Part shown: positions 1 to 12,479 of the stretch, piece after piece
Position numbering within the stretch: the first letter of the stretch is position 1
Layout: every line of letters starts with the position of its first letter
Assembly: GCF_001194135.2 (NCBI RefSeq)
Contig: NC_068985.1
Location: forward strand, 86,914,508 to 86,978,507
DNA: 64,000 bases
Source of the DNA: Octopus bimaculoides
Lineage: Eukaryota
Reading direction: 5' to 3'
The notes under the pieces: model-generated
What the model saw: only the letters and a program-made list of their open reading frames with translations
What the model was told of the DNA's origin: nothing
The model's database searches: none
Made by a program: the position numbers and the translations under genes

Positions 1-110
1 GGGCTCTTCATTAAGCCTTGGGCCCAACACTTCATGCATTAAGTATATATATATATATATACACATATAAATATCTCTCTCATGCAAACTTCACCAATGC
101 CTATACTCAC

Positions 111-171
111 AAACGTAGCTACAGTGCCAACAAGCTCATCAGATCCCAAACATGCAATGGAATTCACATCT
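111..171 (-). CDS. Candidate internal coding exon (61 bp, phase 2->0), unknown protein
   Basis: Minus strand ttttttattcttataattttag|AGATGTG...TACGTTT|gtgagt. Only one frame is open: DVNSIACLGSDELVGTVATF. No family recognised. Confidence 0.4.
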
Positions 172-400
172 CTAAAATTATAAGAATAAAAAAACATATC
201 CCAACAAAGTCCATGTTTCCTGATTTTGTTTGAAACACAACCAAAACATTCTGCTACTCAAAATCTAATTAGATGGTGATAAGAAAAACAGTTCACTTGG
301 AGTGGAACACAGCAGCTGATCTGAAAGAGCATTGCATGTAAAAGTAAGGCATTTCTGCATAAGAATGGAAGATCTTGGATAATGGGTCTGGTGATCATAC

Positions 401-466
401 CTGGTTATTTGTGAAAGCAATCTTGGAGATACACCACAATAACATATCCAATAATTCTTTGCCTTC
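401..466 (-). CDS. Candidate internal exon (66 bp)
   Basis: Acceptor ttgattctgtattgattag|, donor CCAG|gtatga. Open in phase 2 (KAKNYWICYCGVSPRLLSQIT) and phase 0 (EGKELLDMLLWCISKIAFTNNQ). Confidence 0.33.
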
Positions 467-1004
467 CTAATCAATACAGAATCAATGCAACAAACCTGTT
501 AATCTTTTGACTTTCTCATTTGTCGTTTACTTCCTCGTCTCCAGCTTTATTGTTCCTTATCACTGAGCGTTGCTAGATGACCTACTTACAATATAAGTGT
601 TTAGTCTTCAAATACTAATCTTTGGGAATTCCAAAGTACTTGTGTTTTTGTTCACCTTAAACTACGTATCTAATTTCTAATTAAAGCTTTAAATTAAACT
701 TAAAATTCATACCTTAGCACTAATGAATTTATTTTATCTCTAATTACGACTTTAGTTCAATTAACATACATGCAGTTTACAAATTACTTTGTCATTCATC
801 AAACTAGAACTCCAGTTAAACGTTTTTCAGTCTTTATGCCTCACGATTGATAGACGCGTCTCAGATAATAGATTTTATCTGTGATTTTGCTTGATTAGTC
901 AAGGCAAAAGGAAAATCTGGAATCTTTAGAATGACAAAATGTCAAATAAGGAATTAAAAACCAGCCAGGATGTTTATTTTAGTTTCACCAGAAAAATACA
1001 TTTA

Positions 1005-1190
1005 TGCAGATAGGAACAGGAATGGCTGTGTGGTTAAGCTGTTCACTTTGGAAACGTGTGGTTCCGTTTGGTTTCGTGCCACTGTGGCTGTATATTTTGA
1101 AAACGTCTTTTATTATACTCCTGATCCAACAGAAATGTTGTGAGTAAATGTTGGAGTTGGTAAACAGAAACCGAAAGAAACCTGGTCTAT
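1005..1190 (+). mobile_element. Degenerate tRNA-head SINE, family B (my label)
   Basis: ggaatggctgtgtggttaagctg...ggtaaacagaaaccgaaagaaacc resembles the better copies at 33815 and 47180. Confidence 0.5.
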
Positions 1191-1413
1191 AGGTGTACAT
1201 ACATACATACATGCATACATATATGCATGCATACATACATACATACACATACATACATACATACATGCATACATACATGCATACATACATACACATACCT
1301 ACTTATGTAAATATCCTTCCTTATGATGACAGAATTGTAATATTATCTCCGACATTTTAGTCATAATTAGCTGAGGTGAAACTGGCCAACTATGTAAATA
1401 TTTGATTTCATAA

Positions 1414-1449
<36 letters not shown>

Positions 1450-2339
1450 ATGCACACACATATGCAAGATTTGTGTGGTGTGTATGTATGAATGTATGTA
1501 TGTGTTTACAAATATATATAAATATATATATATATATGTATATATATATATGTATGTTTGTATGTATGTATATTTATATATGCACATACATATGTATGTA
1601 AGAATATAAAGCTACCTTCAGCACCACCACCACCACCACCATCAGTGTCTATCCTCAACTCCCAAACCAATTCAATTGCTACCGTAACTGACCCATCAAC
1701 TCATTAATGACCAACAACAACAGCAGCAATAGCATGAATAAGAACAACTGCATCTGAAATATAAAAAGGTCAATAACATGAGATATTTTGGTGCCGTAAT
1801 TTGTTTTAAGTTTTGTATGAAAGGTCCTTGGTTTTCAGTCGATGAATATTGACTCGAAACTAAGCAGCAACATCAATGCGATAAACGAGGACAATATGAT
1901 CATCACCAACACCAGCAACACTCCCACCATCAACGTCACCATCATCACAAACACCAAGATCTATACAACCATCACCAACAATAGCAACCCACTAACTTTT
2001 GAATTATCAACTGGCAATAACAAAAATAACAGTATTATTAGCTTTAAAACAATGTCTGTAGCTACACATGTTGTATGTCAACACAGAGACCATGTAGCAT
2101 GCTGAATTCTTTATAGTTCAGGTTAGCCTTTAAACAAACATTGCTTCATACCACCCCAGTCCAACTTTTTATCACCTTATTTCCCTTCTTACATCAATAG
2201 GAATAAGGCAACCATTTTTTATAAAGAATGAGCTCGTAAATGGGTTTTTAAATCCATTTTCCTGCATATTTGTAGTGGATAATTGTTAATCACCATATGA
2301 TTTATGTCCTATTGTACGATATGATTTATGTCCTATTGT

Positions 2340-2760
2340 AAATGTCTGAAAAGATGCTAACTAGGGAAACTGAAGGAATGAAAAGAAACAGTAAAAGAAT
2401 TAACCTGGATATTAAACTTGATGTTTTAAAAGGGTTGATGTGGGAGAAAAAGGGTCAGTCACATTTCTAAAACATTAAAACTAACATCTACGTGACAAAT
2501 GAGGGAACATTAAATCAAGTGCTTGAACAGTTTTTTTGTCAACTTTTCAGATCTAATTTTCTCTAATATTTAAGATAGGACATCTCTTGGATGCACAGAT
2601 CAAAATATATGTTGCCAAACTATATCCTTAACTAATGAGAAGCAGAGGATTCTTAGAATGAAAGCAAGATGAGAATGCAACTCAGAATATGAAAATTCCA
2701 ACGCCTACATTTAAGGATTGGCACAAATAGAAGAAGATCTGCAATGTCAAAAGAAAGAAT
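2340..2760 (+). mobile_element. Possible degenerate pogo/Tigger (CENP-B-like HTH) transposase remnant
   Basis: Broken frames give KRINLDIKLDVLK and DQN...ISL, resembling the N-terminal HTH of Tigger transposases. Many stops and frameshifts. Confidence 0.38.
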
Positions 2761-2959
2761 GACGATAAGGGACATTCTTTCTAATTTCTGTGTTCCTTGT
2801 AGTCTCTCTCTCTCGCTTCCTTGCCTTTAAAGAAATCATTATATCTATGTATTTTCTCTCTTTTTCATTAAGCTATCAGTCAACCTTTAATCTCCCCTGC
2901 CCCTTCACCACATGTTATAGTTGATGCATCATCGTCGTCGTCGTCGTCAACCATGGAAT

Positions 2960-3610
2960 TGTAGACTGGTGCATTGTCCCACTGCAACTGCTGCCAACCT
3001 GATTGGAAGGGCTCTGACCTTTGGTGATGAAATCTCATCCTTAACTCCTTCAAAATACTCTTTGTTGACTCTCTGGCCAGAGGAAAACCAGTGGATGCTG
3101 AAAAGAATGGTTATCATGAACTTCCCAGCAGATTTGCTTTGCCTAGCCTTCATGGGTGCATTCTGAGGAAGCCAGGATGCTTTTATTGGGCACTCTGTTT
3201 CTTGGTCTCTGGGTTGTAACAGTAAATTTATCTTTCATCACAGATCAGCAGAGACTCAAGTGCTCTTAGACTGAAGGTATTTAGTTCAACCATCTCCCTG
3301 ATGTTACCAATGCATCTTTTCTTCTGTTTGTCATTGAGTACCCTTGGAACAAACTTTGCACTAATTTTGTGCTATTTCAGATCTTTATGAATAATTTTCC
3401 ACACCAACTCTGAACTGTTTATTGTCTTTTTATAGATACACCACAGCCTTCATCCAGAAAGTCGCTATTTCCTCAACCATTTCTGATCTATTGACATGCC
3501 TCTCCCTCCTACACCTTTTGTCGTCTCTCACCTCCTCTTCTTTACTATTCTTGAACCTCTTCTGCCAGCACACAACAGAAGCTCAGCTCATACAAGTTAA
3601 TCTATGAACA
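2960..3610 (-). mobile_element. Degenerate mariner transposase remnant
   Basis: Minus-strand fragments KRFKNSKEEEVRDDKRCRRER, CAKFVPRVLNDKQK (WVP-type motif), YNPETKKQS, KARQSKSAGKFM, GQRVNKEYF and QWDNAPV. No TIRs seen. Confidence 0.8.
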
Positions 3611-3624
3611 GAATTAAAATCCCA

Positions 3625-3895
3625 CAAACCAATGTTGGCACCACTAAATGATTCATTTTTAAAATAGCAAACACACCAGTCTCATATTTTGCTGTCATAG
3701 ATAAAAAAAAAAAGACACAATGGATAATAATTGTGTCTGGTCTAGTGCTTGGGGTGTTCAGCTCATCATCCTATGTTCATAGGTTCAATTCCTGCATTGG
3801 AGCTTTGATCAAAGATATCCCAAATTGGTTATGACTGAAATGCCTTTGATCATAGGTGTCTTCGACTGGGACTGACCTGGGGCTAAACAACAATG
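3625..3895 (+). mobile_element. SINE 3' part, family D (my label)
   Basis: Ends gaaatgcctttgatcataggt...gacctggggctaaacaacaa. Related tails at about 8040-8130, 20430-20620, 21410-21470 and 43690-43880. Confidence 0.55.
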
Positions 3896-4254
3896 TAACA
3901 AGTACTTTTACAGTTGCTTATTAAAAAAGCATAAAGCTTAATTAGAAAGTTTGGAATTAGGGAGATAGGAAGTGTGTGTGTGTGTATGTATATGTGCATA
4001 TGTATGTGCATATGTATGTACATATGTGTGTGCATATGTATATGTGTGTGTTTGTGTGTGTGTGTAATGGATGAAAATATTTTGGATTTAAGACTTTAAT
4101 TAATTTTCATGTTCAACATATCCATGAGATAATTATTTGCTATTCTTCAAGTATATGCCAATCTAATTAGGCACTGAATTTCCGCAATTAATCCAGTATT
4201 ACAAATAACTTCCTCTATTGATTTCCCCCCCACATACCTTGCCATGAGTTTTTT

Positions 4255-4420
4255 TCTTTTACTCCACATGGAGCCACAGCATGGTCGTGTCCTTAAGAAG
4301 CTTGCTTTGTGATCACCAGTTTCAAATGTCTTTTATCTTTTACTGGTTTCAGTCATCGGGCTGTGGCCATGCTGGGGCACTCTCTTGAATAATTTACAGT
4401 CAATCGAATCAACCCAGGTT
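4255..4420 (-). mobile_element. SINE family B, deleted copy
   Basis: Reverse complements of both the head (acagcatggtcgtgtccttaagaagcttgc) and the tail (ggtttcagtcat...tggccatgctggggcac) are present. Confidence 0.55.
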
Positions 4421-4470
4421 ATTCTGTTGGTCTCATTTGCTGAACTGCTAGAATATGGGGACAAATGCAG

Positions 4471-4507
4471 ACACACACACTCACACACACACATATGTTC
4501 CTATATA

Positions 4508-4540
<33 letters not shown>

Positions 4541-4793
4541 NNNNNNNNNNNNNNNNNNNNNNNNNNNNNNNNNNNNNNNNNNNNNNNNNNNNNNNNNNNN
4601 NNNNNNNNNNNNNNNNNNNNNNNNNNNNNNNNNNNNNNNNNNNNNNNNNNNNNNNNNNNNNNNNNNNNNNNNNNNNNNNNNNNNNNNNNNNNNNNNNNNN
4701 NNNNNNNNNNNNNNNNNNNNNNNNNNNNNNNNNNNNNNNNNNNNNNNNNNNNNNNNNNNNNNNNNNNNNNNNNNNNNNNNNNNNNNNNNNNNN

Positions 4794-4832
<39 letters not shown>

Positions 4833-4915
4833 CATATATACATACATACACACACACTCACATATGCCTATATATATATATATATATATACACATATATA
4901 TATTTACATATTGAA
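4471..4915. repeat. (CA)n/(TA)n microsatellite spanning N-gap 4541-4793
   Basis: Read directly; it is the source of several spurious ORFs. Confidence 0.95.
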
Positions 4916-5818
4916 TATTGAAGGTGATGCTGGATTTGTATCTTTCTCTTTGGCGACTAGAATTAATTTAATAACTGAATTCCCCTTAAATCCCAATCAT
5001 TTGTGATGGAGACTTAGTCATCAAGCATGTCCAGAGTTGTTACCATGCCAACAAAGGGTCAAATAAGCCTGTCTCTCATTGTGCCTGTAATTCCCAAATT
5101 TATTCTAAATGGGATATACAGGTAAAGCAACAGACTTCAAAAGACAAAAGAAGAAAGAAAATAAACTTTTTATGTTGAGTTGTCTCATGTTTGGTTTTGA
5201 GCATTATTATTCAGCATGGTTTATCTCTTCGTTTCTATGTTCGTTACAGTCTTCATTAATTAATGCTGCTTTGCACATTACATTAATTTTGTTAAGAAAT
5301 ACTTATAAATTAAAACCAAATCGATTGTAGATTTGGCAACAATACAGCTATAGGGTTTTGCATGAGTGATATAGTAAGTTGAACATCTTTGATCAAGTGA
5401 GCTTATCCAAGCAATCAAGAGTACAAAAACTCTCTCTCTAGGTTGCATATAACATTTAAAAAGGGAAACACCAGGGTTATAAAAGCAATGGACATGTATC
5501 TGTCCTATGACATCTTCTCAGCAACACGTATACTTCTCAGTTGGTAACAATACGACTCATCATTTATACACATTATATATTTATATATTTTTAAATACAA
5601 ACATCACACACACATAAACAAACAAACAAACACACACACACAAGCAAACAAACAAATGCACACACATACACTCACGTATCTTCTCATCAAAAATGGGGAT
5701 GAGTACCATCATTCCGATGTGGCAGGAGTGGGTAGCCTTGTTAACCCTCAGATAAGGATTAGTTATCCAGCAATACAGTGTTAAGCACTCATTCTCGCTG
5801 TTTGATATTAGTGTGTGA

Positions 5819-5854
<36 letters not shown>

Positions 5855-5858
<4 letters not shown>

Positions 5859-6030
5859 GAGAATATACAAATAATAACAACAGACGAGGACAGGTGGTGT
5901 AAATAACAAAAGTATATATTAGTATGACGCTCGGGAATACGGAAAGTCTTTGACGTTTCGAGCTACGCTCTTCAACAGCAAGAATACGGAGACAAGGAGA
6001 AAAAACACGGAGAAAAAAAAAAAAAATTGA
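5855..6030 (-). mobile_element. Penelope-like terminal-repeat fragment with minimal hammerhead motif
   Basis: CpG-rich tatgacgctcgggaatacggaaagtctttgacgtttcgagctacgctcttcaacagc. A diverged relative lies at 16820-16975. Confidence 0.55.
5947..5984 (-). ncRNA. Degenerate minimal type I hammerhead ribozyme
   Basis: Minus strand UUCUUG CUGUUGA A GAG-CGUAG-CUC GAAAC GUC AAAGA. Stem II is 3 bp and helix III is the palindrome ACGU. The core has A6->U and the 1.1-2.1 pair is mismatched. Confidence 0.55.
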
Positions 6031-6072
6031 AAAAAAAAAAAATTGTATATATATGTATACATATATACATAT

Positions 6073-6132
<60 letters not shown>

Positions 6133-6134
6133 TG

Positions 6135-6310
6135 TCATCATCGTTTAACGTCCGTTTTTCATGCTGACATGGGTTGGATGGTTTGGCTGAGGTCTGGAGA
6201 GCCAGTGGCCACGCCAGGATTCAATCTGATCTGGTAATATTTCTATAGCTGAATGCCCTTCCTAACGCCACCCACTCCAAGAGTGTACTGGGTGCTTTTT
6301 ACATCCACAA
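6135..6310 (-). mobile_element. RTE LINE 3'-tail copy, family A (my label)
   Basis: catcatcgtttaacgtcc...gggttgga...gcccttcctaacgcc. The family is tied to the RTE coding end at 51222-51322. Confidence 0.8.
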
Positions 6311-6319
6311 CTGACCTCA

Positions 6320-6511
6320 CCTGTGCTCGTGCCATGTAAAAAGCATTCAGTCTACTCTGTAAGGTGGTTGGTATTGGGAAGGCCATCCAACCATAAGGAC
6401 CCTGCTGAAACAGACACAGAAGCCTGGTGCAGTCTTCTGTCGGGCCAACTTCTGTCAAATCTTCCAACCCACCTCAGTATGGAAGGCTGACGTTAAACGA
6501 TGGTGATGAAG

Positions 6512-6512
<1 letters not shown>
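6320..6512 (+). mobile_element. Family A copy, inverted relative to 6135-6310
   Basis: Ends ...ccaaccc...gacgttaaacgatggtgatga. Confidence 0.75.
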
Positions 6513-6547
<35 letters not shown>

Positions 6548-6885
6548 GTTTAACGTCCGCCTTCCATGCTAGCATGGGTTGGACGATTTGACTGAGGACT
6601 GGTGAAACCGGATGGCAACACCAGGCTCCAATCTAATTTGGCAGAGTTTCTACAGCTGGATGCCCTTCCTAACGCCAACCACTCAGAGAGTGTNNNNNNN
6701 NNNCAGGCTCCAATCTAATTTGGCAGAGTTTCTACAGCTGGATGCCCTTCCTAACGCCAACCACTCAGAGAGTGTAGTGGGTGCTTTTACGTGTCACCCG
6801 CACGAAAACGGCCACGCTCGAAATGGTGTCTTTTATGTGCCACCCGCACAAGAGCCAGTCCAGGGGCACTGGCAACGATCTCGCT
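6513..6885 (-). mobile_element. Young family A copy with (CAT)n tail
   Basis: CpG-intact. A 72-bp block is duplicated across the 10-N gap at 6694-6703. Confidence 0.85.
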
Positions 6886-7264
6886 GATGATCAAGGGAGA
6901 TTTTTCTTATTGCATAGATAATCTCACTTGGTTGGTGTTTTTCCCGATATTACATTCATGAAACTCAGATGTGTCTCTGTTTCATTCATAAAACAAAACC
7001 CTGATCTATTTTGAACCGACACCAGAAGTATTCATGCTCGGACGCATTGTTGTCAAACCTTTCACTAATCTGGATATCATTTTCAATTAGCCTTTAACAT
7101 AATTAATGTAATAAACATCATAACTTAAATTAATTAATTTTGTGTAGAAGTAATCATTGTTGGATAATGATTAACTAAACCAAAAATAAGGAAAAAAAAA
7201 AAAGGACAACTGAATATCAAAAAGACATTTTTAAAAAGAAATCTGTTAAAATGAGTTTTCAAGG

Positions 7265-7337
7265 TCAAGTGTCTCATCATCATCATCATCATCATCACCA
7301 TCATCACCACCACCACCACCACCACCACCACCACTAC

Positions 7338-7407
<70 letters not shown>

Positions 7408-7640
7408 TTCATCATCATCATCATCATCGTCGTCGTTGTCATTTAACATCCATTTACCATGCCAGCATGGGTTGGATGGTTTGATGGCATCAGTGCATTT
7501 TACGTGGCACTGGCACAGGTGCTTTTTACAGGTGATTTTATATGGCACCAGCACTGACAGGGTCACTGAATGAGTTGCAATTCACCCCACCCCCCACTCT
7601 GTAGCAAGTGTCTTTGTACCAGTTGATGGGACATTGGATG
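7265..7640 (-). mobile_element. (CAT)n/(CAC)n tract followed by family A copy
   Basis: Triplet tract 7265-7435, then catttaacatccatttaccatgccagcatgggttggatgg. Confidence 0.75.
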
Positions 7641-8598
7641 TGTAGATGGACACTAGAGATTCTGATGTAGAATAAATACAACCACGTTCCATTTGGAAAT
7701 GAAAAGAGGTTGAGCTCAAATTGTAAATAATTAATGCAGTAATGAGAAGAACAGCTCAGTCCTTAACAGGTTCCGTGATGATGTTTGATCATCCATTTTT
7801 CTTCAAGGGACATACATAGGTGACAGAATATAATGCCAATTTGGATATGCAGTTCTAAATTCTCCATAACTGAAACTATAAAACATGGGAAGGTCATTTC
7901 TAGAATGTCTTTGACATTAGACCAAAGATGAGGTTAAATAGCATCTTCAAAGATTTATGTAACTTTGCCACGTCTTTTTGTAAAAAAAATTGATCTTGAA
8001 ATGACATGGTTATTTTGTGTTACTATTGAAAGTTGGGAGGGTCATGGTTAGAATGTCTTTGGTTTTTGGCATCACATCTTTGATCATAGGTGCATTGAAA
8101 CAGAAATGGCTTGGCTCCAAATAACAACATCAATAACACCCTGTGCAATGGCTTTGGTGAAGTTTGAACTTGTGACCAGCAAATTAGTAATAGATCACCT
8201 GTACCAGTGTGGAACCACACCTCTTCATTATTCCGCAAGTTGAGACTATCAACTTCTTTCTTTTAACAAACAATCCTTCCCCAAATTTATTATCTTTCGT
8301 TTTACTAATTGGTTGTGTTTATTGAAATATCTTCTGCACCTCAGACAAAAACAAGATATGCTTGAGTAAGGAACCGAGAGATGCTTTGTTGTATTATGCT
8401 ATGGTAGACGAAGGCAAAAAGTGGAGGGGGAGGGGGAGAGAGGGAGAGAAAGAGAGGGAGTCATTGAGAGAGAGTGAGAGAGATGGAGAGGAAGGAGAGT
8501 TTGCTGAAAGAAAATGTGATACTGAGAATAAAGTGCAAATGTTAGAGAGAGAGAGAGAGAGCGACAGAGAGAAAAATAGAGAAAGAGAAAAAGGTGGG

Positions 8599-8653
<55 letters not shown>

Positions 8654-8999
8654 ATATATATTGGGTGAATGAGTAAGTGGGAGAGATCTCAGTATATGAA
8701 AAGATAAACACAGTTAGTGTATATGAAGCACATAATTTTTGCAAAAGAACTCAAAGAGTGATCGCAAAAATGAATTATGGCTTTAAAAGAGAATGAGATA
8801 ATAATAATAATAATAATAATGATGATGATGATGATGATAATGGTAATGTTAATAATAATGATAGTCATGATGATGATAACATAAATGATAATAATAATGA
8901 TAACAATGATGGGGAGTGAAAAGAGAAAAATATATTGTAAAAACCAAATCATTTTGTACGTGTGTGTGTGTTCACATGTGTGTGCGTGTGTGAATATGT

Positions 9000-9040
<41 letters not shown>

Positions 9041-9417
9041 TAGGGTAATGATTTGACTTCATTTAACATGAAAAATGGCAAAGTTTGCAGCTATTGGTTC
9101 ATTTTATTCCATCACACCTACATCCACTTCTTTGAACTAGAGGGGAATCTCTCCACATCAACTTAATAGCTGGGGATTGGTTTTTTTTTGGTTCGTTTCA
9201 TTTTTTTTTTTTGTTAACTGGTTAGAATTTTATCTGTTTATTTTTACTTGATTTTTGCTTTATTTCTTTAACACACTCTTGTTTTTGGTAGTTTTGTTTT
9301 GTTGTTTAGTTCTTCTTTTGTGTGGTTTTGTTTTAATTTCTTTTATGCCTTATATTGTTTTCTTTATTAGTGCTCTTTATGATTATACATACATACATAT
9401 ACATATACATGTGTGTG

Positions 9418-9456
<39 letters not shown>

Positions 9457-9566
9457 TGTACTATACTATAAACTCACTAGTTTTATCCATTTGGTTTGGG
9501 GTCATGCATATCAAATACATACATACTTATATTTATATATACATATGCATATATGTATACATATGT

Positions 9567-9627
<61 letters not shown>

Positions 9628-10456
9628 CAAATAGATAGATAGATATAGATACAAATATAGATAACAGACAAATATGTATGTATACAATTACACGTCTATC
9701 TACAGATATGCGCATACAAATATATATACATATATACATATATGTATACATACTTGTACATGTGCTTGTGTCTGTATTCACATTTACTCTCTTTCTCTCT
9801 CTTTCTTGCTCCCCCCCACCCCCATATATAGGTCAGTTGTTAAACTCTTTGCCCTTTTTTTTTCTTTTTTCCACAGTTCTGCAAGCTTGACTGAGTTTAA
9901 TGGTTTTATTTCAATGACTAGCTTAACCCAACTTATGTATTGAACCCTTCCTCTTCTTCCTCCCACCTAACTTCATCAATAGATTGGTGCAACCCCATCC
10001 TCTGTATCAACTCCACATTAAACTAGTGTTTAAACAAACAATAAATAAAGTACTATAACATTAATCAAGGAAAATGTGTTTGTAGAATAAATATATTCTT
10101 TTACTCTTTGATTGGGTTCAGTTGCTGGCCTGCGACCATGCTGTAGCATCACCTTTGAAGGTATTTAGGTGAATTTATCGACCCTAACACTTATCTGGGT
10201 CTGATGTTTGGTTTGTTAATTTATATAAATATAATTTGATGTTAACCTTTGACATAAGGACACACAATACTGAGTTGCAACGTAGATAAAAATAACAGAC
10301 GTCTACAAACAACCATTACACACATACACACATACACCTGAGAACACATGCGCACACACACACACACACACACACACATGCTGCATATAAGTACATACAT
10401 ACATAAACTTTCAGCCTCATACCTATTATTATTGAAGCAACAGAGTACATACTGAC

Positions 10457-10510
10457 CTGTCTGGAACGAAGTATGGCTGAACTTTGGATCTTGTGGAGAG
10501 AACGAAAATC
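10457..10510 (-). CDS. Candidate internal exon (54 bp)
   Basis: Branch-like ctaat, acceptor tttctttttccccag|, donor ACAG|gtcagt. All three frames are open (IFVLSTRSKVQPYFVPD; DFRSLHKIQSSAILRSRQ; FSFSPQDPKFSHTSFQT). Confidence 0.42.
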
Positions 10511-10854
10511 CTGGGGAAAAAGAAATTTTGCATTCATCTGTCATTAGTCGGCAGTTGTGTCTTTTGAGAGAAGCTTAAACCATTTGGGAACTTTTATGGC
10601 TGGATTAGGGTTTGATGTGACGTTCATGCCTTTCTTATGGGATTTACTGATAGCAATGAAAAGAAATAAATGACATAGTATGCATGTCTATAATAGTTTA
10701 ATTAAATTTATATTAAAACAAGAATAAATAATTTGAAATGAATTATTATTTTCATGATCGAAACAAAAATGTCAGAACAAAATATATAATGAAGTGATTG
10801 CTATCAAGAAGTATTCTATAAATGATTTCTTTTATTATTTGCATCTAAAATAAG

Positions 10855-11060
10855 GTGTTTGGATTAGCAGAACAGTTAGAGCATCTGAAGAAACAGTTTG
10901 AGAATTTTACGTTCTGAGTTCACTTCCTTCCAATGTTGACAGTATCTCTTATTCTTTTGAGGTTGATCTAATAACGCACCATGAAAGCACTGAGGTGGAT
11001 AGCATCGACTAACCCCTCACCTCGATATTGCTGGCTCTGTGCCTAAATTAGAAACAATTA
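10855..11060 (+). mobile_element. tRNA-head SINE, family C (my label)
   Basis: gcagaacagttagagcatc...ttctgagttca...gctggctctgtgcctaaattagaaac, shared with many copies in the window. Confidence 0.7.
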
Positions 11061-11599
11061 TAAGTGTTTAGTAGCTAAAAATCAATTGTCCATGTCAGTT
11101 TAGTTTTTGATATGACTGTATTGTCTCCATCATAAATCATTTCGTCGGCAAAACCAAATATTTTAAGATTCACTTCACTTCACTCCAGATCTTTTTTGGC
11201 AGAAGAAATTATGAAACTTTTGTCAGTCTTTCAACTGTGTAGGTTTTGTTATCATACGGTTGTTATGTCTAGCAGACCGCTACTTTGTTGTTGAGATTCT
11301 TTAGTGAAGTTTACTCTGCTGTAACTATTTTGACCAGACTGTAGTGTCTCTCCCAGTCCACAGGTTTCCTTTAGAGACAAAACTTTCACGTGTTCAGGCT
11401 GGACATCAGCCACATCACTATCACTGTCTTAGAAGGGCCCCACAAAGGGAATAGTAAGAGCTTCCTTCTCCAAAGGAAACTAACATCAATCAATATCAAT
11501 TAATATCAGTCCCTCCGGTCTTGGAGGGCCTGCAGGGGTCTTGGGCATATTCCTTTAAGAAGAAACCAATTAAAAATTTTTATGTATAATTTTTTTACT

Positions 11600-11670
<71 letters not shown>

Positions 11671-11969
11671 CACGCTTACATATATCATCATCATCATCAT
11701 CGTCATTGTCAAACCGATTTTCAAAGGTATTCTAAGTCATGTTGTTGTAGTTTAGACCCAGGGTTTTTGCATGTTTTGGCATCCACGGAAGAATTTGAAA
11801 CAGAATTTTCAATCCAGAAAATGTTTTTTTATCTATATATTTGCTCTTTGCTGTTGGTGCCCTAAATATTTCCATACGAACACATTTCAAATACAAGGGC
11901 TAATGCTTTGAACCTTACCTCTTATAATCTAAAACTGAATTATCTGAGGAAAGGCTATTCTAATGTTGT

Positions 11970-11970
<1 letters not shown>

Positions 11971-12004
<34 letters not shown>

Positions 12005-12155
12005 AACCGTTTAACGTCTGCTTTCCATGCTAGCATGGGTTGGACGATTTGACTGAGGACTGGCGAACCTGATGCCTGCACCAGGCTCCAATCTGATCTG
12101 GCAGAGTTTCTACAAATGGGTGCTCTTCCTAACGCCAACCACTCTGAGAGTGTAG
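11971..12155 (-). mobile_element. Family A copy
   Basis: (CAT)n plus gtttaacgtctgctttccatgctagcatgggttggacg. Confidence 0.85.
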
Positions 12156-12479
12156 TATATCTTGGATAAATTTTTCTTCTCAAATCAAATTCTGCCAAGG
12201 TAAACTTTGCCTGTCATTCTTTCAGTGTTGATAAAATTAGTATCAGTCAAAAACTGGGGGTTGATGTAATCCACTTAACCCCTCCTCCAAAATTGTTGCT
12301 GTTGTGCCAAAATTTGAAATCATATGTCTTGGATAAGCCTTTAAATATAAGATTAATTCAATAATAATGAAAGGATCAAATGAAAAATAAGAATTGGTTG
12401 TCAATTTCAAATCCTTTGATTGCTAAAAGTTGGAAATGGAACTCGATGGTTCCAAGAAAAAAAAAACCCCAAAACAACT

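Noticed and set aside
1842-2105. Thr/Asn/Ile-rich mucin-like ORF
   Set aside because: Decayed ACC/AAC/ATC triplet tract with no flanking splice evidence.
2295-2340. 24-bp tandem duplication (also a 17-bp repeat at about 53546-53587)
   Set aside because: Ordinary slippage duplications.
4385-5006. Long ORFs running through N-gaps (also about 14.5k, 16k, 40k, 46-47k, 50.5-51.5k and 60k)
   Set aside because: They are open only because of Ns and dinucleotide repeats.
7134-7566. Poly-His/Met/Asp ORFs (also 18449-18694, 49477-50073, 62559-63034)
   Set aside because: Translations of (CAT)n/(ATT)n/(CCT)n microsatellites with no splice or domain support.
7775-7873. Box C (GTGATGA) and box D (CTGA) spaced like a C/D snoRNA
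   Set aside because: No terminal stem, no clear C'/D' boxes and no recognisable rRNA guide.
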